DNA of 64,000 nt from Candidatus Parcubacteria bacterium (GTDB lineage Bacteria > Patescibacteriota > Minisyncoccia > Phycocordibacterales > UBA918): contig JAKFXN010000001.1 in assembly GCA_021731405.1 (NCBI GenBank), forward strand, positions 102,343-166,342. Reading direction: 5' to 3'. This document shows, piece by piece, positions 10,869 to 21,044 of the stretch. The notes beneath the pieces are model-generated. The model was not told the origin of the DNA and did not search any database. It saw nothing but the letters and a program-made list of their open reading frames with translations. A program made the translations under genes and the position numbers. Numbering within the stretch: the first letter of the stretch is position 1; each line of letters begins with the position of its first letter.

Positions 10869-11621
10869 ATGCTTAAACAAATTCACAAAAATTCTGAAGA
10901 AATTGCCAAGTCATTACCAGACTCATTTCTAGTGCTAGATATTGGGGGTGCAGTCGCCCCTTTCCAACGAGCTGACTACATTGTTGATATTGTGCCTTTT
11001 GAAGAAATTAGCTGGAACCAGCAGCGCGGTGAGGGTAAAGCTCGTGTAAAAAAAGAAACATACGTTCAGCACGATATTTGCTCTCGCGAACCATGGCCAT
11101 TTGAAGACAAGCAGTTTGATTATGTATTTTGTTCTCACGTACTTGAAGATATCAGAGACCCTCTTTGGGTTTGTTCAGAACTAATGCGAGTCAGTAAGGC
11201 CGGCTACATTGAAGTACCTTCAAAACTATATGAAATGACTTTTAATCTCGAGGCAGACGGCTTATCAGGTGCCTGCCATCACCGTTGGCTAGTTGATATT
11301 TTTGAAAATAAACTACGTTTTACTTTTAAACATTTCTATATCCATTTCCCTTTTATCAATAAAAACAAGCGACATTTAGACCAACAGCAAGACGAGATGC
11401 TTCTGCGTGTGGAATGGAAAGACTCGATTGAGTTTTTTGAGAATTGGCTTTTGTCAGGTAAAGATATTTTCGAATATTATCTTGAAAGATCTGTCACAGA
11501 GAAAGAACGTTGGGCTCTTGTTCGAAAAACTTCTCCCCATAATTTTTTCAGCGCGTGGGCTCGTTACTTAAAAAACACGTCTCCGTTCTTCAATAATCTC
11601 TACTCGAAATTACGTAAATGA
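10869..11621 (+). CDS. Class I SAM-dependent methyltransferase
   Basis: LVLDIGGAVAP...DYVFCSHVLEDIRDP (MTase motifs I and post-I). Confidence 0.6.
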   Translation: MLKQIHKNSEEIAKSLPDSFLVLDIGGAVAPFQRADYIVDIVPFEEISWNQQRGEGKARVKKETYVQHDICSREPWPFEDKQFDYVFCSHVLEDIRDPLWVCSELMRVSKAGYIEVPSKLYEMTFNLEADGLSGACHHRWLVDIFENKLRFTFKHFYIHFPFINKNKRHLDQQQDEMLLRVEWKDSIEFFENWLLSGKDIFEYYLERSVTEKERWALVRKTSPHNFFSAWARYLKNTSPFFNNLYSKLRK

Positions 11622-12553
11622 AAATAGTAGCCCTTTTACCAGTAAAAAACGAAAGCTGGGCTCTGCCCTCTTATCTTTCTAGTGTCTCAAAAATCGCTGA
11701 CGAAATAATTGCCCTGAATGATTCCTCTACTGATTCGAGTGTACTAATTCTAAATAAGGCAGGAGCTTCTGTTTTCGACTATGACTCATCAAAAGAAGAG
11801 TTAGTAAATATGGGAAAAAGGAGGCAGCGACTTTTAGAGCTTGGGCGAAAAGCTGGAGGAACACACTTTGTTTGGCTTGATGCTGACGAAACTTTTTCAA
11901 GTAATTTCATTTCTCAGGCTAAACAAACAATTCTAAGCCTCAAGCCAGGTCAAAAAATAACCATGCGTTGGGTACACGCGTGGAAAAACACGACTGATTA
12001 TCTCACCGATACCCATTCCCCTTTTGGATACATTTGGAAAGATTTTATCGTCTGTGATGATAAGACTTCAAACTTTGAAGAAAAATTCTTGTCTGAAGGA
12101 AGAACCCCGGGAACCCATACCGATATACTCAGACTTCCCGAAAAACAAGGCGTAGTTATCCACTGGCAGTTTAGTCGTTTTGAAATAACTCAACTTAAGC
12201 AAGCGCTGTATCGTTGCACTGAATTGATTGAGGGAACACGCGGAGTAAGAAAAATTAATCACACCTATAGTATTACATTACCTAATGAAAAACTTATAAC
12301 GTGTCAGTTACCGAAGACTTGGATAGAAAACATACTCGCTCCAGAAATAGCTAGTGAGGGTAAAGTTTTCTACTTAGAGCAAATAACCGAACTTTTTACA
12401 GCAAAAGGAATCACCTTCTTTGAGGGGTTACAAATTTGGCATATTCCTGAATTACACAGTCTGTTTATTAAAAAAACAGGCCGAGAACCGCATTCAAAAG
12501 TATTCCCCGCGTGGCTGGTTGCATTAAATAAACTACGACATGGCAACAAATAA
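11618..12553 (+). CDS. GT2 glycosyltransferase
   Basis: MKIVALLPVKNESWAL...LNDSSTD; WLDADE (DxD). Confidence 0.7.
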   Translation: MKIVALLPVKNESWALPSYLSSVSKIADEIIALNDSSTDSSVLILNKAGASVFDYDSSKEELVNMGKRRQRLLELGRKAGGTHFVWLDADETFSSNFISQAKQTILSLKPGQKITMRWVHAWKNTTDYLTDTHSPFGYIWKDFIVCDDKTSNFEEKFLSEGRTPGTHTDILRLPEKQGVVIHWQFSRFEITQLKQALYRCTELIEGTRGVRKINHTYSITLPNEKLITCQLPKTWIENILAPEIASEGKVFYLEQITELFTAKGITFFEGLQIWHIPELHSLFIKKTGREPHSKVFPAWLVALNKLRHGNK

Positions 12554-13766
12554 AATACGTATTGCGTTCATAAAATACGGCGGGTTATCAGCGGGCGGGA
12601 CCGAAAAATTTCTACAAACCATTGCAGCAAATTTAAATCCCGATCGCTATGATGTGACGTATTTCTATTGTAATTCCTCTCCTTATAGAGGTGGAAACTT
12701 TGTCCACGCCGGAACAGATACCTTTCGTACCGATTACATGGCTGGCCACGGTATAAAATTGGTTGAGTTTACAGTTGGCGCCAAGGATATAACCACACCA
12801 CTTCATGAATGGCGAGATACAAATTTCTGGGAAAAATTTGATGAAGCTGATTTTGATATTATCCAGACAGGACGAGCAGGTCATAAAGAGTATCCTTTTA
12901 ATAAAATTACCCACACGCCAATTGTGGACTCATTACACCTTACTGCCGGCGTAGACAACCAACGCAACATTTCAAGAGTAATGCATATTACAAAATGGAG
13001 TGCAGATAAATGGGTAAAGGCTGGCGGCGACGAAAAACGTATAGTCATCGTGTCTCATCCAATGGAGATCTCCGTATCTGAAGCTACTTCTATGAGAGAG
13101 AATTTACATATTTCTCCAAAAGTAACAGTATTTGGTTTTCATCAAAGAGATGCTGATAGTATTTTTTCACCAATACCACTGCTGGCATATAAAGAAGTTG
13201 AAAGTGACGACACTTATTTCTTAATTATGGGCGGAAGCAAACTTTATCGCGAACAGGCGACACAGTTGGGTATTAAAAATATCTCGTTCGTCAACCATTC
13301 AGCAGAACAGAAGCGAATATATTCTTTTCTAAAGACACTTACTGTATACGCTCACGGACGAAAAGACGGTGAAGTAAATTCAACCGCCATGGCCGAAGCT
13401 ATGTACTTTGGTCTTCCAATTGTCAGTCACTACTCGGAGATAAATAATGGACATGTTGAATGTATTGCGGACGCCGGAGTGGTTGTCGGTTCGATAGAAG
13501 CCTACGCAACTGAACTAAGAAAACTTCAAAATGAAAAAACATACTACGAAATGCGAAGCGAAAATGCCCTTAAACGTTTCGTAGAAAACTACGAGCTGAA
13601 GGGTCAAATAAAACGCATCGAAAGTATCTATGAATCAGTTATAACAAACCCTTTTCCCTACCCAACAAGACGATTCCTATACAGCCTACACTGGACACAA
13701 AATATACGTATTTGGCTGAAATGGTTGTACCTAAAAGCCAAGTTTAAACTTAATGGTAATATATAG
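12540..13766 (+). CDS. GT4 (group 1) glycosyltransferase
   Basis: C-terminal E-x7-E-like region NSTAMAEAMYFGLPIV. Confidence 0.55.
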   Translation: MATNKIRIAFIKYGGLSAGGTEKFLQTIAANLNPDRYDVTYFYCNSSPYRGGNFVHAGTDTFRTDYMAGHGIKLVEFTVGAKDITTPLHEWRDTNFWEKFDEADFDIIQTGRAGHKEYPFNKITHTPIVDSLHLTAGVDNQRNISRVMHITKWSADKWVKAGGDEKRIVIVSHPMEISVSEATSMRENLHISPKVTVFGFHQRDADSIFSPIPLLAYKEVESDDTYFLIMGGSKLYREQATQLGIKNISFVNHSAEQKRIYSFLKTLTVYAHGRKDGEVNSTAMAEAMYFGLPIVSHYSEINNGHVECIADAGVVVGSIEAYATELRKLQNEKTYYEMRSENALKRFVENYELKGQIKRIESIYESVITNPFPYPTRRFLYSLHWTQNIRIWLKWLYLKAKFKLNGNI

Positions 13767-14466
13767 CCACAGAAAACATATGAAGCAAATTATCTACAAC
13801 GTACTAAGAAAAATAAGTGGCTTACTCCAAAGCTCGACTGGTAGCTTTAAAAGGCACCATAGTCAATATACAGAAGAGGGTAAATTAGAGACTGAAAGAG
13901 CAACTGGACTCAAGCATCTTTTAGACAATTCTATTAACGGGCCAGAGATGCGTACACAAGATTTACTGCTACAACACCCGCAAATAAAAGTTGCTGTTGA
14001 TGTCGGAAGCGGAACAGGCTGGAGCAGTGCAGCGTTAGCAAAGATTGTACAAAAGGTTATTGCCGTTGAACCTTCGCAAGCAGCTGTCGATATTTCAAAA
14101 AATATTTACCCTACCGACACGTATCCAAACATTACTTGGATTCAAGGTTTTGCTGAAGAAGTGCTTCCAGCACTCAAGCTGCAAACACCAACTCTCTTTC
14201 TCACCGGCTGTGTACTCAGCCATATAAGAGACAAGGAGGTTATAAAGATTTGTGAAGCTATTTCAAAGACTGCTCCACAAGGCTCAGTAATGTCTTTGGC
14301 TGAGTGTTTTGGTGACGAAGAGTGGCATCAACTCATGTGGCATGTTCGCACAAAAAACTGGTGGCAGAAACAGTTCCCTGAGTGGGAGCTGACCTTCCAT
14401 GGCCCACAAATAACTGGTGAACGTTACTTTAAAGGTATTTGGGGAGTTAAAAAAGGTAATGCTTAA
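13753..14466 (+). CDS. Class I SAM-dependent methyltransferase
   Basis: VAVDVGSGTGWSSAALAKIVQKVIAVEPS motif I. Confidence 0.65.
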   Translation: MVIYSHRKHMKQIIYNVLRKISGLLQSSTGSFKRHHSQYTEEGKLETERATGLKHLLDNSINGPEMRTQDLLLQHPQIKVAVDVGSGTGWSSAALAKIVQKVIAVEPSQAAVDISKNIYPTDTYPNITWIQGFAEEVLPALKLQTPTLFLTGCVLSHIRDKEVIKICEAISKTAPQGSVMSLAECFGDEEWHQLMWHVRTKNWWQKQFPEWELTFHGPQITGERYFKGIWGVKKGNA

Positions 14467-15475
14467 TATCATCTCACGTTCGATAGTTTCTACTCACTCG
14501 CGCGGTCCGCGGAAGGTGGTGGCGAATTTGCTTAAAGGGCTTGATGAGCTTGGTTATCCGTATGTTGTGAATGCTGCACTTGATACCACTAATACCCTTT
14601 GGATTCATGATGATAAAGACGCTCTAGAAAAAGCACTTGCGTTACCTGGCACTCGAGCGATTATCGCTGGGCCAAATATCTATACTCTTCCAAGTGAAGT
14701 GCCTAGAACCTCTCTAGAAAAGAATACTCTTTTCATACAACCTGCGGGATGGGTGCAAGATTTTTGGAATACCTTTAGTTTAGAAAAAATAAATACAGTG
14801 GTGTGGCCAGTTGGTATTGATACAAAAACCTTTTCACCAGACCCTCAGATTAAAAAAGATCTAGTGCTTGTCTATAACAAACAAAGGTCTGACGCTGATG
14901 TTGAGAAAGTGTGTGCCGCTCTTGAGGAACACGGTCAACAATATGCAGTACTTACCTACGGAACATATAGTGAAGCAGAATACCAAAAACTCCTCCTCCG
15001 AGCCAAAGCCCTGATATGGGTCGGACGTTCTGAAAGCCAAGGAGTAGGCCTCCTTGAAGCACTGTCCATGAATGTACCGATATTGGTGTGGGACGTCTCT
15101 AAGTTCGGTGATTTTGTCGGAGCTTCTGAGTCAGGCTTCACAACTGAGCAACTAGCCTTTGCTCCTGTCACCGCTGCACCGTACTTTGATGAACGCTGCG
15201 GCTTACGCTTCCTATCTCCAGAAAAATTGGAATCAACCCTCGAACTGTTTTTAGCTTCACTTTCTATCTATAACCCTAGGCGATATGTCGAAGAAGAATT
15301 ATCTCTCGCCAAACAAGCAACAGCCTTTCTTACTATTTTTAAAACGCACCTCGCGACTACTGACACAGAACTTAAAAACACCCTGCTTCGCTCTAGCAAA
15401 AAGTGGAAAAATGGCACTTTGTACTTTAAATACCGTACCCTCCTAAAAGATGCAGTGCGCCAGATAATACGTTAA
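14459..15475 (+). CDS. GT4-like glycosyltransferase
   Basis: SQGVGLLEALSMNVPILV E-x7-E-like motif; start set at ATG overlapping upstream stop (ATGCTTAA). Confidence 0.5.
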   Translation: MLNIISRSIVSTHSRGPRKVVANLLKGLDELGYPYVVNAALDTTNTLWIHDDKDALEKALALPGTRAIIAGPNIYTLPSEVPRTSLEKNTLFIQPAGWVQDFWNTFSLEKINTVVWPVGIDTKTFSPDPQIKKDLVLVYNKQRSDADVEKVCAALEEHGQQYAVLTYGTYSEAEYQKLLLRAKALIWVGRSESQGVGLLEALSMNVPILVWDVSKFGDFVGASESGFTTEQLAFAPVTAAPYFDERCGLRFLSPEKLESTLELFLASLSIYNPRRYVEEELSLAKQATAFLTIFKTHLATTDTELKNTLLRSSKKWKNGTLYFKYRTLLKDAVRQIIR

Positions 15476-15485
15476 GATAGGCCGT

Positions 15486-16385
15486 ATGCTTCGTACTGAT
15501 ATTGTAAATCAAATAACTGCCCGCGCAGCAGATGAGGGGCTTACTATTCTTCGTTCTGCTCGCTTCAAGAAGTATCCACTTAAAGCCGCTGCTTTTTACG
15601 CCCAAGTTGCGCGTAATCGCTACACGCCGTTTCTGTCTCCAATCAGAGCAAAGACACTTTGGGGTCATGAGCTAACTGCATATGAGACGTCTGCTATTGG
15701 CTCAGTTTATTTTCTTGGGTTTTACGATAGTGACGTTACCTTGTTTCTTTTAAAAAATTTCAAAGAGTCTGGTGATTTACTCGATATCGGTAGCAACATT
15801 GGTTACTACACGAGCCTATTCACACAAATTGCTGCACCTGATGCAAAAATAGTAGCCTTTGAACCAACCCCCAGTACTTTTTCTGTACTACAAAAAAATG
15901 TAGACACACTACCCCAAGTAGTGACACAACAGATAGCGCTGTCTGATAAAGCTGGTACGGTACTGTTTTTTGATTATGGACACCGACATGGTGTATTTAA
16001 CTCTACTCAAGCTCAGCCCCTCGCTTTCCTTAAAGATAAAGGTCAGCAAATTGAAGTAGAGACCGATACGCTAGATGCATGGTGCCAGAAAACCAACACC
16101 AAGCCAAGTCTACTCAAACTCGATACCGAAGGCACAGAAGCGGGTATCTTACGAGAAGGAAAACAAACCTTGAGTTCCTGTGCGCCGATCATATTACTTG
16201 AGGTTGGTGGAGGTGAAGCATGGGCGCAAAACACTAAAGAGTGTCTTGATATCTTAACTGCATACCACTACCGCTTTTTTGAACTCGCTGCAGACGGGAC
16301 TCTTGTTCCCCACACTCGCCAAGAGACATACTCATACCAAAACCTAGTCTGTATTCCTGAATCTAAACTCGCCTCCTATGTATAA
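15486..16385 (+). CDS. FkbM-family methyltransferase
   Basis: LLDIGSNIGYYTSLF...VAFEPTPSTFSVLQKN. Confidence 0.7.
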   Translation: MLRTDIVNQITARAADEGLTILRSARFKKYPLKAAAFYAQVARNRYTPFLSPIRAKTLWGHELTAYETSAIGSVYFLGFYDSDVTLFLLKNFKESGDLLDIGSNIGYYTSLFTQIAAPDAKIVAFEPTPSTFSVLQKNVDTLPQVVTQQIALSDKAGTVLFFDYGHRHGVFNSTQAQPLAFLKDKGQQIEVETDTLDAWCQKTNTKPSLLKLDTEGTEAGILREGKQTLSSCAPIILLEVGGGEAWAQNTKECLDILTAYHYRFFELAADGTLVPHTRQETYSYQNLVCIPESKLASYV

Positions 16386-17118
16386 GCTCGCCAAAAAAAT
16401 CTACAAACTAGGAAAGAATATTGTCCTCAGTCCCTTTATTATTTCTGACTATCAAGATTACAAACGTCTCGATACGCAGCCGCGCTTTCACTTAGCACCA
16501 AGTGATTTTTATCCGCAAATTTTTGATAAGACCCTCACCACTGGTTTTGACCGACACTACGTCTACCACACCGCTTGGGCAGCACGGAAAGTACGCGAAA
16601 TTAATCCCGAGAAGCATGTAGATATTGCTTCGAGCCTCTATTTTCCAGGAATAGTTTCAGCCTTTGTGCCCGTAGATTTTTATGATTACCGTCCTGCCCC
16701 ACTACACTTAAGTGGACTCACCACCAAACACGCCGACCTCACCAACTTGCATTTTGAGTCAAACTCAATTCCTTCTCTTTCCTGCCTCCACACCATCGAA
16801 CACATTGGTCTTGGCCGTTACGGCGACCCGATAGACCCCGAAGGAGACATTAAGGCCTGCAAAGAACTCTCGCGTGTACTCGCGCCAGACGGTTCACTTC
16901 TATTTGTCACTCCAGTTGGTCAAGAGGCCATCATTCAATTTAACGCGCACCGTATTTATACCTATGAGCTTGTACTTAAACTGTTCCCGGACTTGGAGCT
17001 AAAAGAGTTTTCATACGTTCCAGAGTTTGGTACTGACGGTGTTCATGAAAACGCCAATCCCGAAGAACTCAAGAACGAAACATACGCCTGTGGCTGCTTT
17101 GTGTTTACTAAAAAATAA
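16378..17118 (+). CDS. Putative SAM methyltransferase (DUF268-like)
   Basis: HIGLGRYGDPIDPEGD...LAPDGSLLFVTPVG resembles DUF268/MTase family. Confidence 0.4.
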   Translation: MYKLAKKIYKLGKNIVLSPFIISDYQDYKRLDTQPRFHLAPSDFYPQIFDKTLTTGFDRHYVYHTAWAARKVREINPEKHVDIASSLYFPGIVSAFVPVDFYDYRPAPLHLSGLTTKHADLTNLHFESNSIPSLSCLHTIEHIGLGRYGDPIDPEGDIKACKELSRVLAPDGSLLFVTPVGQEAIIQFNAHRIYTYELVLKLFPDLELKEFSYVPEFGTDGVHENANPEELKNETYACGCFVFTKK

Positions 17119-17124
17119 ATACCT

Positions 17125-17994
17125 ATGATTATCGTCAATCTCAAAGGTGGGCTCGGTAATCAAATGTTTCAGTACGCTCTTGGTCGTGCACTTACCCTCA
17201 AGAATAAAGATTTCTTAAAGCTCGACATCCAAAGCCTCTCTAAAGCAAAGAAGCTCGGTAACATCTTCCGACCATTTGATTTGGAAGCGTTTGCAATTTA
17301 TAAAGATATTGCTACCCCTGCTGAATCAGCGAGTCTGCGCTACCCGTATGGTTTTTTTTCAAAGATACTAGGAGCGCTCAACAGAAAGATATGTCGACCA
17401 AATACTGTTGCGTTTAATAAAAAAGTTTTTACCCTGACTGGAAATCAGTATCTTGATGGTTATTGGCAAAGTCCGTTATATTTCAACAGCATCAGAGAAA
17501 CACTCCTCTCTGACTTCACACTGCGCGACAGCTTATCAGAGTCAGGCCAGGCATTGCTGGCAAAAATAAAATCTACTACCTCCGTTTCTCTCCACGTTCG
17601 TCGTGGTGATTACGCTATGAACCCTCGCGTCCTGCGCGAAAATGGTGTCTGCTCAGTTGGCTATTACGAAAAAGCGGTGAGGGAGATTGAAAAGACTCAC
17701 AAAGACGTCACGTACTATGTATTTTCGGATGATATCAATTGGGTAAAAAGTAATATTCTGTTACCAGATAAGACGGTAGTTTTTGTGGAAGACGTAACTT
17801 TGACTACACCTCAAGAGTTGTATTTGATGAGTCAGTGCAGACACAATATCATCGCCAACAGCAGCTTTAGCTGGTGGGCAGCGTGGCTCAACCAACATGA
17901 AGACAAGGTCGTTATTGCCCCTACCCCGTGGTTTAATACCATCATCTACGACAAAAATCTTATTCCAGAATCATGGATACAACTACCAAAATAA
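17125..17994 (+). CDS. GT11 alpha-1,2-fucosyltransferase
   Basis: GGLGNQMFQYA (GT11 motif I) and HVRRGDY (motif II). Confidence 0.8.
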   Translation: MIIVNLKGGLGNQMFQYALGRALTLKNKDFLKLDIQSLSKAKKLGNIFRPFDLEAFAIYKDIATPAESASLRYPYGFFSKILGALNRKICRPNTVAFNKKVFTLTGNQYLDGYWQSPLYFNSIRETLLSDFTLRDSLSESGQALLAKIKSTTSVSLHVRRGDYAMNPRVLRENGVCSVGYYEKAVREIEKTHKDVTYYVFSDDINWVKSNILLPDKTVVFVEDVTLTTPQELYLMSQCRHNIIANSSFSWWAAWLNQHEDKVVIAPTPWFNTIIYDKNLIPESWIQLPK

Positions 17995-18755
17995 TAGCTA
18001 GTCCGCTGGTTTCAATCCTGATGCTCACCTACAATCGAGCACACTTTTTGCCTGAAGCGATAAAAAGTGTCCTGACGCAAACCTACCAAAACTGGCAACT
18101 GGTAGTGATTGATGACGGCTCTACTGATACTACAGAAGAACTAATGATGAGCTATCATGATCCACGTATTTTATATATAAGGCATGAAAACAACGCAGGG
18201 CTTTTTGTCCGACGCGCCGAATCACTCAGTTACGCCGTCGGCACATACACCGCTGTTTTAGATAGTGACGACTACTGGACTCAAAACACAAAGTTAGAGG
18301 AGCAAGTCACCTTTTTGGAAACCCACACCGATCATGCGGTAGTCGGCACAAACGCACATATCGTGACGGAGACTGGGAGCATGACTGATGAGACACATTA
18401 CGCGAATCACGACGAAGCCATCAGAAAGAAAATCCTCATTCGAAATCAGTTTATTCATTCAAGTATTTTGATGCGCACTGCTGTTCTTAAACAGACAAAT
18501 GGGTATCAGTCGACCTTGGCTGAAGACCTAGAGCTTATTCTCCAGCTTGGAACACTAGGAAAAATGGCTAATCTTGAAGGAGTCTATTCTGCTCATCGTG
18601 TCCACACCAAAAGTGAAAATGACCACGGTAGCAAGATGGCTTCCGCAGTTGATACAATCATCACCCTTCATAAAAAAGAGTATGCAGGATATTGGCTGGG
18701 AAAAGGTATGAGCTACCTCCGACGTACTCGTGCAGTAATCAAAAAGTTACTTTAA
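17973..18755 (+). CDS. GT2 glycosyltransferase
   Basis: VSILMLTYNRAHFLPEAIKSVLTQTY...IDDGSTD; DSDD. Confidence 0.75.
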   Translation: MDTTTKIIASPLVSILMLTYNRAHFLPEAIKSVLTQTYQNWQLVVIDDGSTDTTEELMMSYHDPRILYIRHENNAGLFVRRAESLSYAVGTYTAVLDSDDYWTQNTKLEEQVTFLETHTDHAVVGTNAHIVTETGSMTDETHYANHDEAIRKKILIRNQFIHSSILMRTAVLKQTNGYQSTLAEDLELILQLGTLGKMANLEGVYSAHRVHTKSENDHGSKMASAVDTIITLHKKEYAGYWLGKGMSYLRRTRAVIKKLL

Positions 18756-19624
18756 TTTGTTTCTGTTTTGTCTTCTTCAAATCCCCACTCAACACTGAGG
18801 TTGCGATGGAGAAGGTTGGAAAGTATAGCCACGTCACGTCTGTAATACTCCTTAAGAAAAGCTTCGAGCTCTGGTGAGAGCGGGAGCTGCCTTGCTACCA
18901 TCGAAGCGGTCTCGATTGGAATGTCGGGTGGAAAGAGACGACTGTGAATGGCACCAAAGAAGCCTTTGATGGCTTTTTTTATTGCTCGGTAGGTTCTTTT
19001 GATAATACCCGGACGCCGTACTGTTTCGCCTTCTTCTGGCGGAATGAGATGCTGTAGTACCGGAGGGATAAATTTTTTATCGACACCTATATGGTCGTAG
19101 GCCTGTGCAATCACAGAAAGAGTGTTGTCGCGAACATCAGAAGCAGTCACTACAAATAAATCAATCGGGGCATAAAAACTAAAGTACTCCGAGAGTTGCT
19201 TTCCGTACCTTGCACTCATGAGTACTTCTGGGCTTTGTTTTAAAAACTGAGCGAGAGATACTTTGTTACTAATCGTATTGGCACGTCTGGCTTCCACATA
19301 CGCTACCCGTACACTCACAAGCGGGTTTTCAATCACCGCAAGCAGCTTTGCGCTTGGGTAGGTTTTAGCAATAAGGTTGAGGGCAGAAACACTCCTAAGA
19401 TAACTAAACCCAAGCTCTCCGTACACCATGCCAGGAAGACACTTACCCAGCTGCTTTTCGTACCAATCAATTCCTTGGGCGTAGACTTTTGTATCAGAAA
19501 AAAACCGAGTGTCTTCCTCCATGGCGCAAATTGCCGGATGCAACCTCAAATAAGAATACAAAAGTGGGGCCGCACTTTCTGCGCCGATTCCAACAAATGA
19601 GATGAGTTTTCTTTGTGCTCGCAT
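18752..19624 (-). CDS. Sulfotransferase-like protein
   Basis: Fold-level resemblance to sulfotransferase (5'-PSB-like ISFVGIGAESAAP, IENPLVSVRVAY); weak. Confidence 0.4.
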   Translation of the reverse strand: MRAQRKLISFVGIGAESAAPLLYSYLRLHPAICAMEEDTRFFSDTKVYAQGIDWYEKQLGKCLPGMVYGELGFSYLRSVSALNLIAKTYPSAKLLAVIENPLVSVRVAYVEARRANTISNKVSLAQFLKQSPEVLMSARYGKQLSEYFSFYAPIDLFVVTASDVRDNTLSVIAQAYDHIGVDKKFIPPVLQHLIPPEEGETVRRPGIIKRTYRAIKKAIKGFFGAIHSRLFPPDIPIETASMVARQLPLSPELEAFLKEYYRRDVAILSNLLHRNLSVEWGFEEDKTETN

Positions 19625-19634
19625 ACGTATTGTA

Positions 19635-20981
19635 TTATACCGACTCGTCCATGTTTTCCTCATCTTCATTCAGACCCAAGAATAGTACTTCTTCAATACT
19701 CTCTCGGTAGGCGGCTTTATACGCGGTTGGATCCTCATGGAACTTACTGCGAATCATTTCTTGTGCTGCTTCTACCATATGCTTTCTAAGGAGTACGTCA
19801 TTCATAAGAATGTTGAGTTTGAGACTGAAGGCATCTACATCATTTGCCTCACACAAGTGAGCTGATTCACCATCCACAAAAATATCTTCTCTAGTGGGAG
19901 TTTTTGCCAACACCATTGGGATACCAGCTGCCGCACCGCGCAACGCTACTTCCTCACTTTCAGGAGTGGTGTCAGGAACAATCAGTACGTTTGCAGACTT
20001 CAAATATGGGATATCATCTTTGATATCAGTTTCAAAAACAACTTGTTCTTTGATACCAAGAATCTTAGCGCGTTCTTCAAACTCTTTTCGAGCAGCACCA
20101 TCACCAAGTACAATCAGTCCGATGTGGGGGTTTTGTAAACCAAAACGGGCGGCGTCTATAGCGCGCACCAAAGCGCTATCGTGACCAAGCTTTCCGATAT
20201 AAAGCATGATAAACACAAAGGGTTTATATTTTGTCTTAAGGTCAAGTGTAGCCGGGACTGAAATGAGTGATTCATAATTATTGAAGCGCGGCAAAATGTC
20301 AGTGTCTTTTACTTTAAAACGCTTGGTGATGAGCTCAAAAAGATTGCGCGTACTGGTGCGTACACTGAGTACTCTTGAAACGGTAAACTTCGGCAAGTAA
20401 CGGCGCCAGCGATTGTGGCGATTCTTGTCTAAAAACTCTGCTTTGGTGTAATCCTCAAGGACGTGTACCTGTACTGGCCGAGCGTATTTTTTACCGAGAT
20501 GAATCGCCAAAAGGGCGCTCTCAAACGGGTCACGTGCCACAATAATATCTGGCCTAAAACCATCTGCAAAAACCAACTGCTCTTTTACCAATTTGTTTCC
20601 TTGTACCGGCGTCCACCACCAATTTTTGTCACTCGCTGTATAGAGCCACATGTTTTTGGCGAGACGAAGGACCGGGTTTTTTGGTTCTATTCCCTGCCGC
20701 AAAATAAGAATATGCACTTCATCAAAAAGGTCTGCGAGGTTGATATACCCATCAAGTGATTGCTGGGTAGGATTGAGTAGCGATTCATCCTGTGAAATAA
20801 AAAGTACCCGCGTAATATCGCGATTTGATTTTACTTGATAGACAGCCTCTTCATTGAGCGCTTCCTCAACAGAAAGATATCGTGTGTCATCTTTAGCGCG
20901 TGATTCTTTTTGAAGCACGTACTCTAAGCTTGAACGCTCGTATTCAGAAGCATCTACTTGAGAAAGATCTTTGCGGGCCAT
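19635..20981 (-). CDS. GT4 (group 1) glycosyltransferase
   Basis: GDGAARKEFE...IVPDTTPESEEVALRGAAAGIPMV. Confidence 0.7.
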   Translation of the reverse strand: MARKDLSQVDASEYERSSLEYVLQKESRAKDDTRYLSVEEALNEEAVYQVKSNRDITRVLFISQDESLLNPTQQSLDGYINLADLFDEVHILILRQGIEPKNPVLRLAKNMWLYTASDKNWWWTPVQGNKLVKEQLVFADGFRPDIIVARDPFESALLAIHLGKKYARPVQVHVLEDYTKAEFLDKNRHNRWRRYLPKFTVSRVLSVRTSTRNLFELITKRFKVKDTDILPRFNNYESLISVPATLDLKTKYKPFVFIMLYIGKLGHDSALVRAIDAARFGLQNPHIGLIVLGDGAARKEFEERAKILGIKEQVVFETDIKDDIPYLKSANVLIVPDTTPESEEVALRGAAAGIPMVLAKTPTREDIFVDGESAHLCEANDVDAFSLKLNILMNDVLLRKHMVEAAQEMIRSKFHEDPTAYKAAYRESIEEVLFLGLNEDEENMDESV

Positions 20982-21044
20982 ATCGTTATAAGTATACCGC
21001 GGCGAGTGAAGAAAGAGCCTTGTCTATCCAGAGAGTCCCTGTGT

